Of a stretch of DNA of 64,000 bases, positions 1 to 28,101 are shown in pieces (position 1 is the stretch's first letter; each line of letters opens with the position of its first letter). The notes under the pieces are model-generated. The model saw nothing but the letters and a program-made list of their open reading frames with translations. It was not told the origin of the DNA and ran no database searches. The translations under genes were made by a program, and so were the position numbers. The stretch spans positions 186,001-250,000 of the forward strand of contig NW_026782148.1 of NCBI RefSeq assembly GCF_031769215.1, written 5' to 3'. The DNA comes from Ylistrum balloti (taxonomy: Eukaryota).

Positions 1-3000
1 CTAGAAAACTTTGTTAAAGATCAGTGAAAACATTTACCATAAATGTTATAGAGGAGTAATGTGATATAGGCCTGTATTGTGATTGAAGTTCCACTGTCAG
101 ACCTGACCAAGGCAAGGTATTACTTACCTGTAGACCAAAGGACAAGTGTGAAGTCTTTTTTATTTATTTACTGTCATGAAATACAAACAAAATATGCATG
201 TTAAAGTCGGAGATATACATCCTCAGTGGACTGTGGTTATCTTTTGTGAATGCTGTTTGTTTATAGGGAGATGGTGGTATTGAATTTGAGACAGGGTGTT
301 ATAATCTGTTTACTGCATTAACGTACCGAGTGTTATACAGTACTGTTTTATATGCGAACTAGTATCGCTGTACTGTTGAGGTGAATCATGCTAGTAACGG
401 CTGTACATTGTGTATCTTTTTTCTCACAAGTTTATGATAATCAATTGAATCTGGTTACTTCTGAGTTGAATAATGATCCTGTAATATAACATGAAGACAA
501 TTTATTCACCATCAGCTTAAAAATGCTGCACCAACAAACAAGCCAGAATCTAAGAGATTGTATGCTGATAATTCTGTTCCAACGTGTCTCCCAGAGACAG
601 CTAGTGAAGGCCTATGCCTAGCTCTTTAAGTCTGGTTAGCACAACTTATAACTGATTCTCAAGTGTTTTGATCTGTGGAATTCAATCTTCAACAGCAGCC
701 TGTATATTCTAATAAATCGTGATTTTACTGGAAGTATAAATTTGATGTGTGCAGGATATGAAATCTGTATAATTGGACATGTATTGTTTGATATGGTACA
801 CACAATGTGTTGTTTACCAACAGGTGAAAATAATAAGAGAAACAACAAACAACTTTTGATGAATCACTGAGGATACAGACAGTATTCTAATTAAGGCTTT
901 ATATTAGTTTGCTGGTAGAAGGAACGAGTGCGGAAACTCTGATGATGTACTTAAAAAAATCTGGACACAGAAAGATAATGGAACATATTGTTTTGTTTAG
1001 CTTTCATGAAACCAAATTTTTCTGAAGAAAATTTTGATTTATTTAACAACCTTGTTTATTAAACAACTTCCGAATGCCAGCAGATATTAATAGGCTTCCT
1101 GAATAGAATAATGTTTAAACTCATCTTGTGTAGAACTGTTAAAGACATAATACATTCACTGTACATAGAAAGATATCATCGAAAATAGGGTGGAAAAAGA
1201 GAAAATAAAGTCAAGGCGAAAAAGAGATGAAAAAAGAATTAGAATAAAGATGAGCAATGTACTATATATCATTCATATGATCATTTCCATGGTGATTTGA
1301 CTGCCACACAATCATAATAAGAAAATTGGCAGCAGTATTTTATAAGCTATACACTGTCCAGATTCATACTCTCTAATCTAATCATACAGGATAACCATCT
1401 TCCTTGTGTACACACTTAAGACAAGGGGCACCAAGATGAAATTTGTATTAGATAAATGCATCTCCTATATGTAAACACTTCTTGCTTATCAGTGTTAAAA
1501 TTTAACAGGCAATATCAATGTATTGGACAGGTAAATGATAATAAGTCCCCCACCAAGGTACAAACACATCAGATAATGAAGACTGATACAATACACACAC
1601 TCTACATAATAATTTGTATGTATTGTTAATTAATCATTAATGGGAAGAATGCAGTCTAACCCTTCCTTAAGGACGCCTTTTGCTCAGAAGGTTTTGGAAT
1701 AAGACAGCGAAACTGTTGAATGTGTGATTTCACCCATACCCCAGTTCCAGATGATGGTGTTGAGTTTTCACTTTCAGATTGAATGTTAGTAGTTATTCAG
1801 AGATGTAATAGTTAGCCTTATATCTACCGTTTGATATATGTGTATACACTGAGGTATATTAAAGTTCTAAAGCCACAAGAAGGTGAGAGGTGGTTAGAAG
1901 AACTGTAGCCTGCCTATCTTGTTACAAGTTTGTAGTGTAGAGAGGGCATTGTCTCAGTCAAAATACATGTGGTAGTGTAGGCCCATATGATCAGATGAAA
2001 ACAGGGCGGGTAGCCAGCTCTAACTGATGGCGGAGAAACAGCTGTCTCCGCTAACTGGTGATGGGAGCAAAGGATGAATGTCCTGTCTTTAATGTTTAAT
2101 AACAAATTGCCTCAAATGTTAAAATGGCGGTTCATAGGCAGTAAAACCTGGTCATAGTCTGCCAAAATAAACAGATTCTGTTAATAAATATATATCTATA
2201 TAAATATTTTGGATATGATGAAGGTCTGAACACCAGATCTCAGTTTAGTCAGGAAACATTACTTTTGTGTATATCATGGTAGGCATGCATTTAACCATAT
2301 AACAAATATGCCAGTTATGACAGGCTTTGCTTGGAGAAGTGTGTTAATTTCAGATAGTAAAATTCTGTCATTTTTGGCAGGTCATGACAAAGCATTATAA
2401 AACATTATAAAATATGAGGGATGGAAATGAAACAAAACTCATGATCAATTATTTGTTTATTGATTATGATTGATGTAATTAACAATAAGCACGCGTTTGT
2501 TATAATCACACACATATTTTTCTGTTCTGTAAATTATGTCACATTGACCTGCAAATTTGCCAAAATGATGATAAATCCTAGAATGTAATAAAAACAAAAA
2601 CAAACAAGCCTTGGCTTACAGTGGTATAGGCTATGAAGAAGAAAAAAATATTCATGAGGAACTATTGTAGGTAGAATTTTCTACAAAACTGGCAGGTAAT
2701 GTCACTTATCATTTCTTGTCCTGGAAAAGTAGTTGTTTGCCAATGAATACATATAAACTGTTTGTTTTTTCACACAAAAACATTCCAAGCAGAGCATGTG
2801 ATTGCGACATGATTTATGTAGCAAGCTTGGAGATAATTTAATTGTAAGTAACCTAGTGTAATGATATAGTCTGCTACAAAACATCTTTGTGTTTACATCC
2901 CCACACTAGTCTACAATGGCTGTCTGTGCCACTGTACAATAATTACATTATAGAACAGACAGAATGAAACATGTTTTGGCTACAGATGTATATACTTCTA

Positions 3001-6000
3001 TGTGTATATAGGTAACATCAGGTTTCATCACAGTGTCAGCACACCTAGATGATCAGATTTACTAAATATATTGGCATGTATTCTATATATAAACAATTTT
3101 GTCATGATGGTTATAGGTCATTTATTATTTCATAAAAACTGACAAAATTTTTCTTTTAAACAGCTATATATTTAAAGATGTCGACTTGCTAATGAATTCA
3201 ATTAATAATTTTATGTGTGATTGTTCATTTGGTATTCTAATTATACATACAGAAAAACAGCTTGAATGTTTAAAATTTGTCACTCACAAATATTTAGCAT
3301 TTAGTTTTAGAACATGAATGGCAAATCCATGTCAACATGTCTGTCATGAGGTATATTGGTTGTGAGGAATATACATTATAACAGATAGAGGAGCTGTGTG
3401 TGTATGTGTATCAATATCTCTACAACTAATGTATAATTAGGAGATGATTAATTAGGTCACAGACAGCATCGAACCAACAGTGGGTGGTATTGAGTTTAGA
3501 TTGACATTGTAGTTTTACAGTTAAAGGCTGTAAAACAGTTGATGTAAATATGTTGTGTAGATCTCTCTGCTTTATATTGATGTGGGTGGGCTTTGGTCTT
3601 TGTTGATAGGTGTTATCTAACTGAATGATAAAGAGGCAGATCCGGTGAATACTATTTAAATTTGCCTGTTTGTGTCTTGATAAACAAGTCACCTCTAATA
3701 TAGTTTGTCCCAGTCTCAAGTCGCATCTGATATATATATATTTTGTCCTAATCTCTAGCCACTTCTAGTATATTGTTTCTCGTGCTATTTAGTCACCTTT
3801 ACATACATAGGGTCTTACATGAGTTTTCATTTCATAGATTCTATGAAACTGGTCTCAGATATTTTTATTTTTGCAAACCTTAAAACTTCGAAACAAATTT
3901 CCTACATGTTAACTGATATTAAAGTTGGGAACAAATTAAAACAACAAATTAATTAGATATCCATTTTGTTGTGCCATTTGAAAAATTTCCAAAGATCTAA
4001 ATTTTTGCAATTTTCAAATAAAATGGTCGGAAATATCCCTATGAAAATAACTGGCTATACAATATGCAAAACCACTACATGGGGGGAGTCTTGATAACAG
4101 GTGAATAATTTGATAAATATGATTTTTCCCAGCTTGTAGCCAATAGTATTGTTTTACATGTTTGTATTTTGTTAGAGTTATCTGATGTTTTATCAAGCAT
4201 GTATATTCATCTATTATAACCCTTATAAACAGTTCAGGATAGCAGATATAAAAATCTTAACTTTTAGTACAAATATTCACATTTTAATGAAAGAGATTGC
4301 TAAAAAATTGAGGAGAATGTTTGGGAAAAGTATAGTGTAGTTGGAGAAGCTAAACATTTCTTCAAGACTGCAAAATTAAAACACTCGTGTCCTGTACGGT
4401 AAGCAAAATACAGAAAGATGATCATCTTAAATGTTGAAAGAAGCTTCCTTGGTGATTTATTCATGTCTTAAACCTAAAACTCCTCTGTATTGACAAACTA
4501 CTCTTATTTCATAATCTCATGACCTTGGTGGTTTCCAAGGTCACCTAACCTTGACAAGCAGTGTAATGAAAGCTTCGTCATCTGGTTGTGTTCTCCTATA
4601 ATTGGGTCACAGGGAGCATTTCCTTCGTAGATCAGTTTTTATCAAGAATCATAAAAAAACAGTACTAGGGTAATGGGAATTATGTGTCATTTCCTTTGTC
4701 CTTTGTTTTCCTATGGGGGATTGCATTTGTTAGAGGTCAAACCTAGGTCTCCAAATCTACTTGAGAATAACCCATAATTGTAATTGATGACACCTTCTAA
4801 AAATGTTGTTGGTGGAAAAAACCTCGATATATAAATTAAAACAGTTAAAGCAAAGTTTTCAAACTAGCCTTACACCTTTTATTTGACAAACATGTTTCTG
4901 CATTTTTCTTTCTGATTTAATTTCTTGAAACAGATTGATTTTACCAGATGATTTAATATAGATTATGACTAGATCATTAAAAAATACAGTACTACATTAT
5001 ACATTGAATGAAGACATTAACAAGTAGAAGTATTCCTTTACTTCAGCGAGCCTTGTGCCCTAGACATTTCCTTGTTACAGACTATTAAATACATATCTTT
5101 AACATATATAACATAGGTAGTAGTAAAATTGAAGCCTTATATTAAGTTCTCATCTTTACATACTTAAGTCTAAATAAGATTTGAAGCATTAGGAATTTTT
5201 TTAACTAAACAGGCATAAATCTGTAAATTTAGCATGGAAATCATAGAATGTTTAGTTTTGTTACTAAGGAAATTTGAATAAGATTTTGACTTGCATGGTG
5301 TTTGTTAAATGTTTATATGCAGCAAGCCAACAAATGCTTTCTCACAATAATGTAATAAGGGTTGTTGATTTTATCAGTTTTATGTGCCGTATTTCTGTTT
5401 GTGTTTCATATAAATATTAGAATCGTTCTATTGACAACCGACAGCCACATGTTTCTGGTTATATTTAAAAAGTTACACGTACATTACATATTTTTGTTGA
5501 TGATGGTTCGTGAAAGTATGACTGCACAAAATCATAACTGGTAACTAGTTTATATACCTAATCAGAAAGATAGATGAAATATTTTATCTGTAGTTTAACT
5601 ATGCAGAGTGTTTGATTTTATCAGATGTTGACATTTAGATTAGACAGATCCTTAAACTTTGAACGTCACTCAATATTGATTCTTGTGTGCAAGCTAAATG
5701 ATAAAAACAAACCTGTCAACATCATAAAACATCAAATAATTCGTCCTAGAGACTTTTTTTTTTTGCTATTGTTGAAGTAAACAATAAACAGACTGTATGA
5801 ACACATTCTGCTGATATGGGTTCTAAAATTACTTACTTATAAGAAGCATTCCAAAATTTACATGTCCCCGCATTTTCCTAGATTGTACAAACAACACACA
5901 AGTGAATAGCACCTTTTAATACAAATTTATCATCATACAGCTGATTCATCATTCAAAGGCTTGACTTCAATTGATGAAAATCAAAACTGATTAAAAAAAA

Positions 6001-6170
6001 AAAGTCCGGATGTAGATGGGAATAGTGCACTAGCCCACATAATCCCCCATAATTCAACAAATTTCATAATTTTCATATATAAGGTTATTTCAGTAGGAAT
6101 TTCTAGATCTTGATTATCCTTTTGGATTTTAGAAATGCATTTGAATTATACATTTTTCTTTGTATTACAG

Positions 6171-21069
<14,899 letters not shown>

Positions 21070-24000
21070 CACCTACTTACCATGGCTCAGCTATTGATAG
21101 TGACACTGCTTAGCCTATGGTTTAGTCTCAGTATTCAGACTAACCATGCATTCAGTCTGCTGGTTGTAATAGTACTCATCACAGCGCTTCAAAACACACA
21201 TTGCAGTGTATGCTGCTATAAATGACAGCCAAGTGACTTTACAGCAGCTACAAATACACAGTGCTGTGATGTAGGCTTTATGTCAGCTGTCTATAGCCTA
21301 GGTTGGTACGCCTCAGTAAAGCAGGGTGAACTACGGGACAGATGTGCTGCTGTTCATGCCTTCCTGCTATGTGTTCTGACACTACAAAGGCGAGCCAGCC
21401 CAAATAGTGCTTAAGTTAGTGTAGTGAAGGCACAACAGGATTATAAAACCTCAGTGAATCTACGTAGTGTCAAAATAGGAACACATACCTTACCAATAAA
21501 GTACGACAGGATCAACACTCCTACAACTTATTATAGTACTGAGGATGGATTTCAGAACATTAGAATGTCAGATCTTCACTGTAGTTCAGTCCACATGGGC
21601 ATGATATTGCTAACATTTCCAGAGGTGATTGAAGATGACCTTCTCTGTGGAACACATGCAATTTCTGAGCAACTTGTGTCTACTTGATTTTGACCTGTTT
21701 TGTAGAATTAGAAATATGATCAACTCCTTTAGTGATGCGATTCATTCAGACCAAATATTGCAGCTCAACGTGTGGTTTACAAAAAGTGGTGATGTTGCTA
21801 GGAAAAAACATTATGGGAAGTGATTGTCAATCATTATAAGCACTAATGCAAAGTTTTATTAAAATTACTAGCCCGTTTGATCTCGCTAGCTTTGTTAAAA
21901 TGTTACTTGGCTTCACATCATACATGGGGATGTTTGAATTCCATTTCGCAAGTTATTGGGTTGTTTATTTTCCAATGCAAACTTCACACGTGGCTAATAC
22001 TTAACTTTTACTAATGAAAAAGGGAGGGACAACCGTTCACACTTTTATCACATGAAAACAGATTCTGAGATATTTTCAGCTCTATGCCACTTAACAGTAA
22101 AAGTAAAAGGACTTCGGGTGGAGGTCAAAATGTTCGACCATGGGTCATTTTCTGATCAAGTTGATGATTGCTGTACTATGTATCATGCTGCTTATTACCT
22201 GGATATCTGACAGGTAAATTCCTGGAAATCTTCTCCTGTAAATTGTGTTGTGTGAGCATGGAGATGGCCACACTGTCATCGGTTGTGTGTGAAGATAATG
22301 AGAGGATGTTTATATGTAGCATTGACATGGCCATTATTGAGGTGGAAGATTTACAAATTGTTTAAATGATTGCAAGAAATCTGCATTATACATGTAAATG
22401 TCAAAATAATATTGAAAGCTTTCAAGTATGTAATGAATTGAGATATATTTTTATTGCGAAATTTTGTTGTGAACTTTTGACCTCAACAGCAATGTGGTTG
22501 AAATACTATGTCAGAATACTTCAATAGAGAGGGCATCTTTGGACATGGGTATGTCCATTGTTCCAGCCTGTCCACTCCAAATGTAGCTTGTTTTCTTGTC
22601 AAGAATATAATAGTTGATAGAAATGCAAGCATTACGTGATTTTAGACAGACTTGATGCAATGATTTTGTCATTGTTTAGGAATCGACTATTATGAACTTA
22701 TGTTGTGCTATCTAGAAGGTGAGCGAGTGAAGGTGTCAGCCATAGTTCTATGATCTTATATAGTCTAGCTTTTGGGAGTGTAAAGATTAACCTTCACTCT
22801 AAACAATATCAAATCAACCAGTGTGTTGTCACAAGGAAGAATATCACTAAGTCACAACTCCAAACTGTTCCTGTCTTTAGTTTGAATATGTTATTGAATT
22901 AACAAAAAGTGCAATTGTACAATTGAGTTTGTTTGATAGTAGAATCTCAAGGCTCACTGTAAGTCACATCAAATGAAATGTGAACCAGTACTGGGTTGTT
23001 GTGATCATGCTGTTTTTAGAAAACAATTTGTGCCCAATTTATCAGTGTGATTGTAAGGAGGTTTACTTACGAATGTAAGTATTTGTTTTAGCAATAGAGC
23101 AGGTGAAACCTGGGATGATTGACATTCCAATTAACAATCTGTATGACATACTGGAGACAAGGGTATGAAGGGCATTGTAAAGTTGACAGGGAAACTGGTA
23201 TAGGAATTATATACTTAAGCATAATTATTAACTTTTTGATTAAATAGCATGTCAATTTGATTGTTAAGCTGTTTTCAACAGAGTTTTACATATAATTGAT
23301 TGTAGCTTAAGTACACAGAATTGATGATATGATGGTGAATACAACCCAAGAGGACTGACAATCCGTGGTTTTTTCTTCCTTGATCATTTTCAGGGCCTGA
23401 TTATGGAAGGAGAATTTGTGGGTAGATTTAGGAATATGCATTGTAAACTTGGTCCTGTCATACTGAGAATGTGACACCATGAAACAAAAAATTTATAACT
23501 ATGCATCTCATATCATGTTAGCTGTCAGTTATTATTTTGAATGTAGTGCCATGTTAAATGATTTTGAATATAGCATGCATAATGTTCTTAAAGTGCTATT
23601 AATTTATTTTTTGTACAAATTTAAAAGCTGGTCCATCCAAAATACAATGCATACCAGACTGCTTTGTGTGTTAAAAGTCAAGTTCTGTATGCTTAGCAAG
23701 AGGATATGATAACCAACTCATATCATCAAATAGTATTTCCAATTCATCTTAAGTTGTATTTTTGTTTATTTTTATAGGATTATTTGAAGTAAATGCAATG
23801 AAAACATGCATGCTATTAGATTTTCATGACTCATTTTGTCTTTGACAAGAGAAAATTAAACATAAGTTTGTATAATTTATTAGTGTTCATATGCATCTTT
23901 AATTCATTATTTTGTGTGTATGTCCATCTGTGAGAAATTCAACAGATGTTTGCCTGAAGTGAATCTAATAAGTTAAAACATATCTCTAGCTGGTGGCCTT

Positions 24001-24966
24001 GTTGTATACAATTAATTTTATAACTGTTGAATTTTGTTGTACATGCATTTTGCTTTAACTTTTGCTTAATAATTGATGCTTTGGAAACTAACTGAAGATT
24101 GAATTTCTTGCCATTTTCCTGTCTCAGTGTTTTTTCCTTGCCCGAATCCATTTCCTCGATGTAGACCTGAAGTAAGTTATTTCTGAGAAACTGAACAGTT
24201 CCTCAGATGAGCAATAATACAGGTAAACTGTAAAGTAGTTAGGAGAAGGTTGTTCTGATTTAAGGTTCCATGAGCATGTTGTTTGGTAATGTGGTGAATG
24301 TGTTCTTACTCCGAGATTAAATGTGTGAAAGTGATGTGCTTTGTCACTGGACTACAGGCTGTATGAACCATTAAACTTTGTGGACATTTCTAGGCATGTC
24401 TGTTTCTAACTGTTCCTTGCCAACACTTCTGGAGGCATACATGTATGTGAATATGTGGGGTGTGTATACTTCATGAGGAAGTCATTCATTCTGTCAATGA
24501 AATTATTCCTATATTATTCCTAGTAAACCTGCCTAGCAATGATAGGGTGGTGCTCAAATCTAGTGGTTTCTAATTTAAGTGTACATGATGTCTCCTTTAT
24601 AATGTGCCTGTAATAAACTTAAGACATAAACACATCAAGGGGAGATCATCTCTGCACAAAAAATATACAAAATCAAAATTGTAATAATTCAGTACTGAGT
24701 ACTAAGGGTGAGATGAAGCCTCTTTGCTCCCTGTGACTTCTGCAGTAATATAGAATACTTTGTGTTTTAATGAGCTGTAGTGCTTTTCTAGTGTGTAACC
24801 ACTGTTGCCATTCCAACCTCAATTTCTGGTCCTGTTTCCACTCACTGATATTAACTGGTTTATTATTTATTTCTGTACATTGTAACATAGTAACTTCCCT
24901 TTCAAATCTCTTCTTACCATGTTGTAGAAAGATGAACAAATAATATACTCGCATTTCATTCACAGT

Positions 24967-24972
24967 AATAAA
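24967..24972 (+). terminator. Candidate PKN polyadenylation signal
   Basis: AATAAA followed by a GT-rich tract near 24990-25010; another AATAAA lies at 24612. Confidence 0.4.
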
Positions 24973-25043
24973 ATGACCTAAATTAAAGCCTTTGGGGTTT
25001 TGTTATTATTGAGGTTCGGAACAGATCAAATGTTTCTGGTTTT

Positions 25044-25430
25044 GTAAGCTCACCTGGCCTGAAGGTCTATTGTTCTGTCCCGCATTAACTTTTCCATTTA
25101 AACAAATTCTTCTCATAACCAGCAGGTCAAATGTCATGTTATTTGGCTGGTTGGTTGCTGGAATGAAGCCCAAAAAAGTTTGCTAAAAGAAATTACCTAG
25201 ACTCTTAATACAACTTCTCCTGACTAACTAGAAGCACATTCCTCTGATCAGTCCCCTAGTATAATGCCTGACAATGTTTGCAAAAAGAAATTACCTTAAC
25301 CCATATTGAAGGTCACAGGGATTGAATTTGTTGAACCTTAAAAGACTATTTCTAGTAAGCCAAAAGTGCCAGAAGCAGGATATTTGGTTGAAAAGTTTTT
25401 TAGGTCATAGCCCAACAAATTTCATAAAAA
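25044..25430 (+). mobile_element. Helentron-associated (HINE-like) element, 5' part
   Basis: 5' motif agctcacctggcc; internal blocks (atgaagcccaa..aaagtttg..aaaagaaat.acct) match the copy at 44200-44730. Confidence 0.6.
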
Positions 25431-26589
25431 AGAGCTGGCATTTACTTAAAATCCAGGTGATAACCCACACAGGTGATAAGTAGAAGCTGTTTGTAGTGGA
25501 AATTGGTTAAAATTGATTGGATGTGCTCACTTTGAATGCCAGTGGTCAATATATTTGTGATATTAATCCCAGTTCTACATTTGGTGGACATTGAATACCA
25601 GATAAGCATGCAGGCTCATTGGGCCTCTTTTTGTGTACACAAGAGAGACTAGAGATCTTAATAGCACATTGTTATATAGGTTTCTAATCAGATTAATTAA
25701 TGCATTCAGTGACATGCTCCTCAAAATATCACTTCCTTGTTTAGCGGTCATGGTTCAGAGTGATGAAACAAACATATTTCATTGGCATGTTTTAATACAC
25801 AGAACTGCTCTCTCGCACTTAGTCATAATATTATATATAGTTTAATGTAGGTGTTCACAAAGCTGATTTACAGGGGCCATATCAAATCCCAATGTGTGTC
25901 ATGTATACCCTAGTCACCAATCAAAACATTTGATCGGTCACGGATTTTCAATATTTTATGAAATATTTTAATCAATGACGTTCAAGCTGATATAAATATC
26001 GTTATGTCCACATCCGATGTAAAGAATGGTAAAGAACAGTTCCTTCAATGATAACCCTATTTAACAAAATTGTGACAAAGCTTTAAACAGCAAAACTCTC
26101 AAAACGTGTAACTATTTAATTCTGAAATAACCGGCCTGCAAAAATATGAAGCATACATATATTTGTCTTTTCGATGCTAAGAGACCTCTAAATAGTGTCA
26201 ACATTACACATAAGAGTTCTGTTCAAAAATTGGAGACCTGGTCAGAAAAAAAGCAAGAAAATACTAAAATGTCCACATCATCATAATCCAACTAGGGAAA
26301 AATAGAAACAAAGATTTACACGGAGACTTGTGAAAAAGTACAAAGAGAATAAGACAATGTGTTCCGGAAGAGTAGGTGCCTTCTGCTTCGACGACACCCC
26401 TTATGTAAATCATATTCATTGACAATAATTTTGGACCAAATTGTCTGCGGTTTCATTTTGAAAACATTTTTTCATGTTGATTATCGCAAGTTCGAGAGGA
26501 ACAGAATATTTGAGCTAGTTACGGATATATACAATCACGTATAAACATGAGGTGGGGGGGGGGGGAGTTAAAGCATATACGAAGTCCCG

Positions 26590-26767
26590 ATCTAAAATGT
26601 GATGGACAACGAAAACCTCCGTTTCATATTGTGTATAATACAAAGTATGTAAACTTTTAAATCCTGTGCTCTACGTATCTAAAATGTGATCGACAACGAA
26701 AACCTCCGTTTCATATTGTGTATAATACAAAGTATGTAAACTTTTAAATCCTGTGCTTTACGTATCT
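26590..26767. repeat. 87-bp direct tandem duplication (2 copies)
   Basis: atctaaaatgtgat...tacgt starts at 26590 and at 26677, with 2 mismatches. Confidence 0.93.
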
Positions 26768-28060
26768 GGTGACGACAAGCTACCAGTGTCTTCGACAAAA
26801 TAGTACAAGAAATATTTAAAATTAGTGCCCCGAACTGAAGGAAATATTTTTTGATCGGTTTACTTACATCTTCATATCTTAAAGGGTCTCTACAAATTTG
26901 TGGGCGTTTTTTTTTTCATTTTCCTGCAGTGTTTACGTGACTGGACTGTTTTCGAGACTATTCGCTGATATATTTATCAAGTATTCCATCCCGGTACCTT
27001 ATATAACTATTTCCGTTTAAGTATTCATACGTACTTAAGAGGGTTCAACATCGAAAGGGCAATCCACAACACAGCTTTGATGTCTCTTGTGTTTCTTATT
27101 TTACAATGGTAAACCCGATCAGTTTTTATTGCAGTCAGTTGTATTTATAAATATGTACTCATGTTTGATAAAAAAGCCAATTAATCGTTGAGCAGAAACT
27201 CATCCTAAACATTTTTAGTAACAAGCATTAATATTATGTTAATACTGGATTCAATAACATGCAATTCAAAATGAACGAATTAAAAAAAAAAACCACATGC
27301 AGTCTAGACCTTAGGACGAGGAGGTTGACAACATGTATATCCAATATCAAACTGAATGGATTGGAACTCTCCTACACCGGTAATATCTTTGAAACCAACA
27401 ATAGTTCAATGTTTAACAGGTAATCGACACAAACTTACAAACAATGGTTGTGTCACATGTACCTGTCTGGATTTATACAGTAGCCAACCACAGAGATATT
27501 AAATTATTGACGGATAGCTGTTGCTGGAAAAGCATCCCATAGTCACACTCTTTAATGTGTTGGAATTATAAGGTTTTCTGACAATCTTTAAGTGCAAATC
27601 GATGAGTTATATAAATACTGTTTCCAAAGACATGACGACCATAAAAACAAGCCAACTCGCGTGTCAAAATCAAAATTATTCAAAAGCTCTATAAAAATAA
27701 ATCGCACCTTGTAATAATACACCATGGATTTGAAATAATCAGTCGTCCCGAATATAACGAGTATTTTATATATTTTGGGTGAATAATAATCACAAGCCAG
27801 TATCGGAATAACACATTGTAAACACTTCCACAATGTCTACTGTTATTTGATCCTGTTGTCCCTTGTAACTCTTTATACACGGAAGCCACATTTATCTCTT
27901 GTGTCGGTACAAGAATTAGATACTTTGCCCTGATGTCCTTGATTTGAACATGAAGAAACCAAATCCGTGGTGGTTTCCGTACGGACATGAAAATGCTCCG
28001 CCCCTCGCTTCCAACGTAAATAAATCAACACGAGAAATAAACATTCAATGGAACGTGATC

Positions 28061-28101
28061 TCACATGGGAGGCAAATCCGGCGATTTTCTTCTTTTAGGA
28101 C
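28061..28101 (-). CDS. WIPF: WIP last coding exon
   Basis: tttttttcatttgcag acceptor; GPKRRKSPDLPPM*. Confidence 0.78.

Noticed and set aside
340-660. Possible PKN HR1a exon near the window start
   Set aside because: No KELKIKEGAENL-like motif in any frame from 1 to 6170, and candidate frames contain stops.
4520-4543. 9-bp hairpin tgaccttgg/ccaaggtca (and accagtta/taactggt at 36843-36863)
   Set aside because: Short stems of this kind are common in decayed elements, and no wider structure supports a function.
21233-21271. SECIS-like hairpin (GTGA...AAA...GA) that would recode the PKN Cys-TGA end as Cys-Sec
   Set aside because: The acagca/tgctgt stem is separated from the TGA by unpaired bases, so the canonical non-Watson-Crick quartet geometry is missing. 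SECISearch would settle it.
21424-24963. ORF-track ORFs in the PKN 3' region
   Set aside because: No recognisable motifs or splice-consistent structure; expected by chance in a UTR.
27588-28064. Minus-strand ORFs 27588-27833, 27689-27988 and 27873-28064
   Set aside because: They lie at or beyond the WIP stop codon (28061), in its presumed 3' UTR, and show no homology signal.
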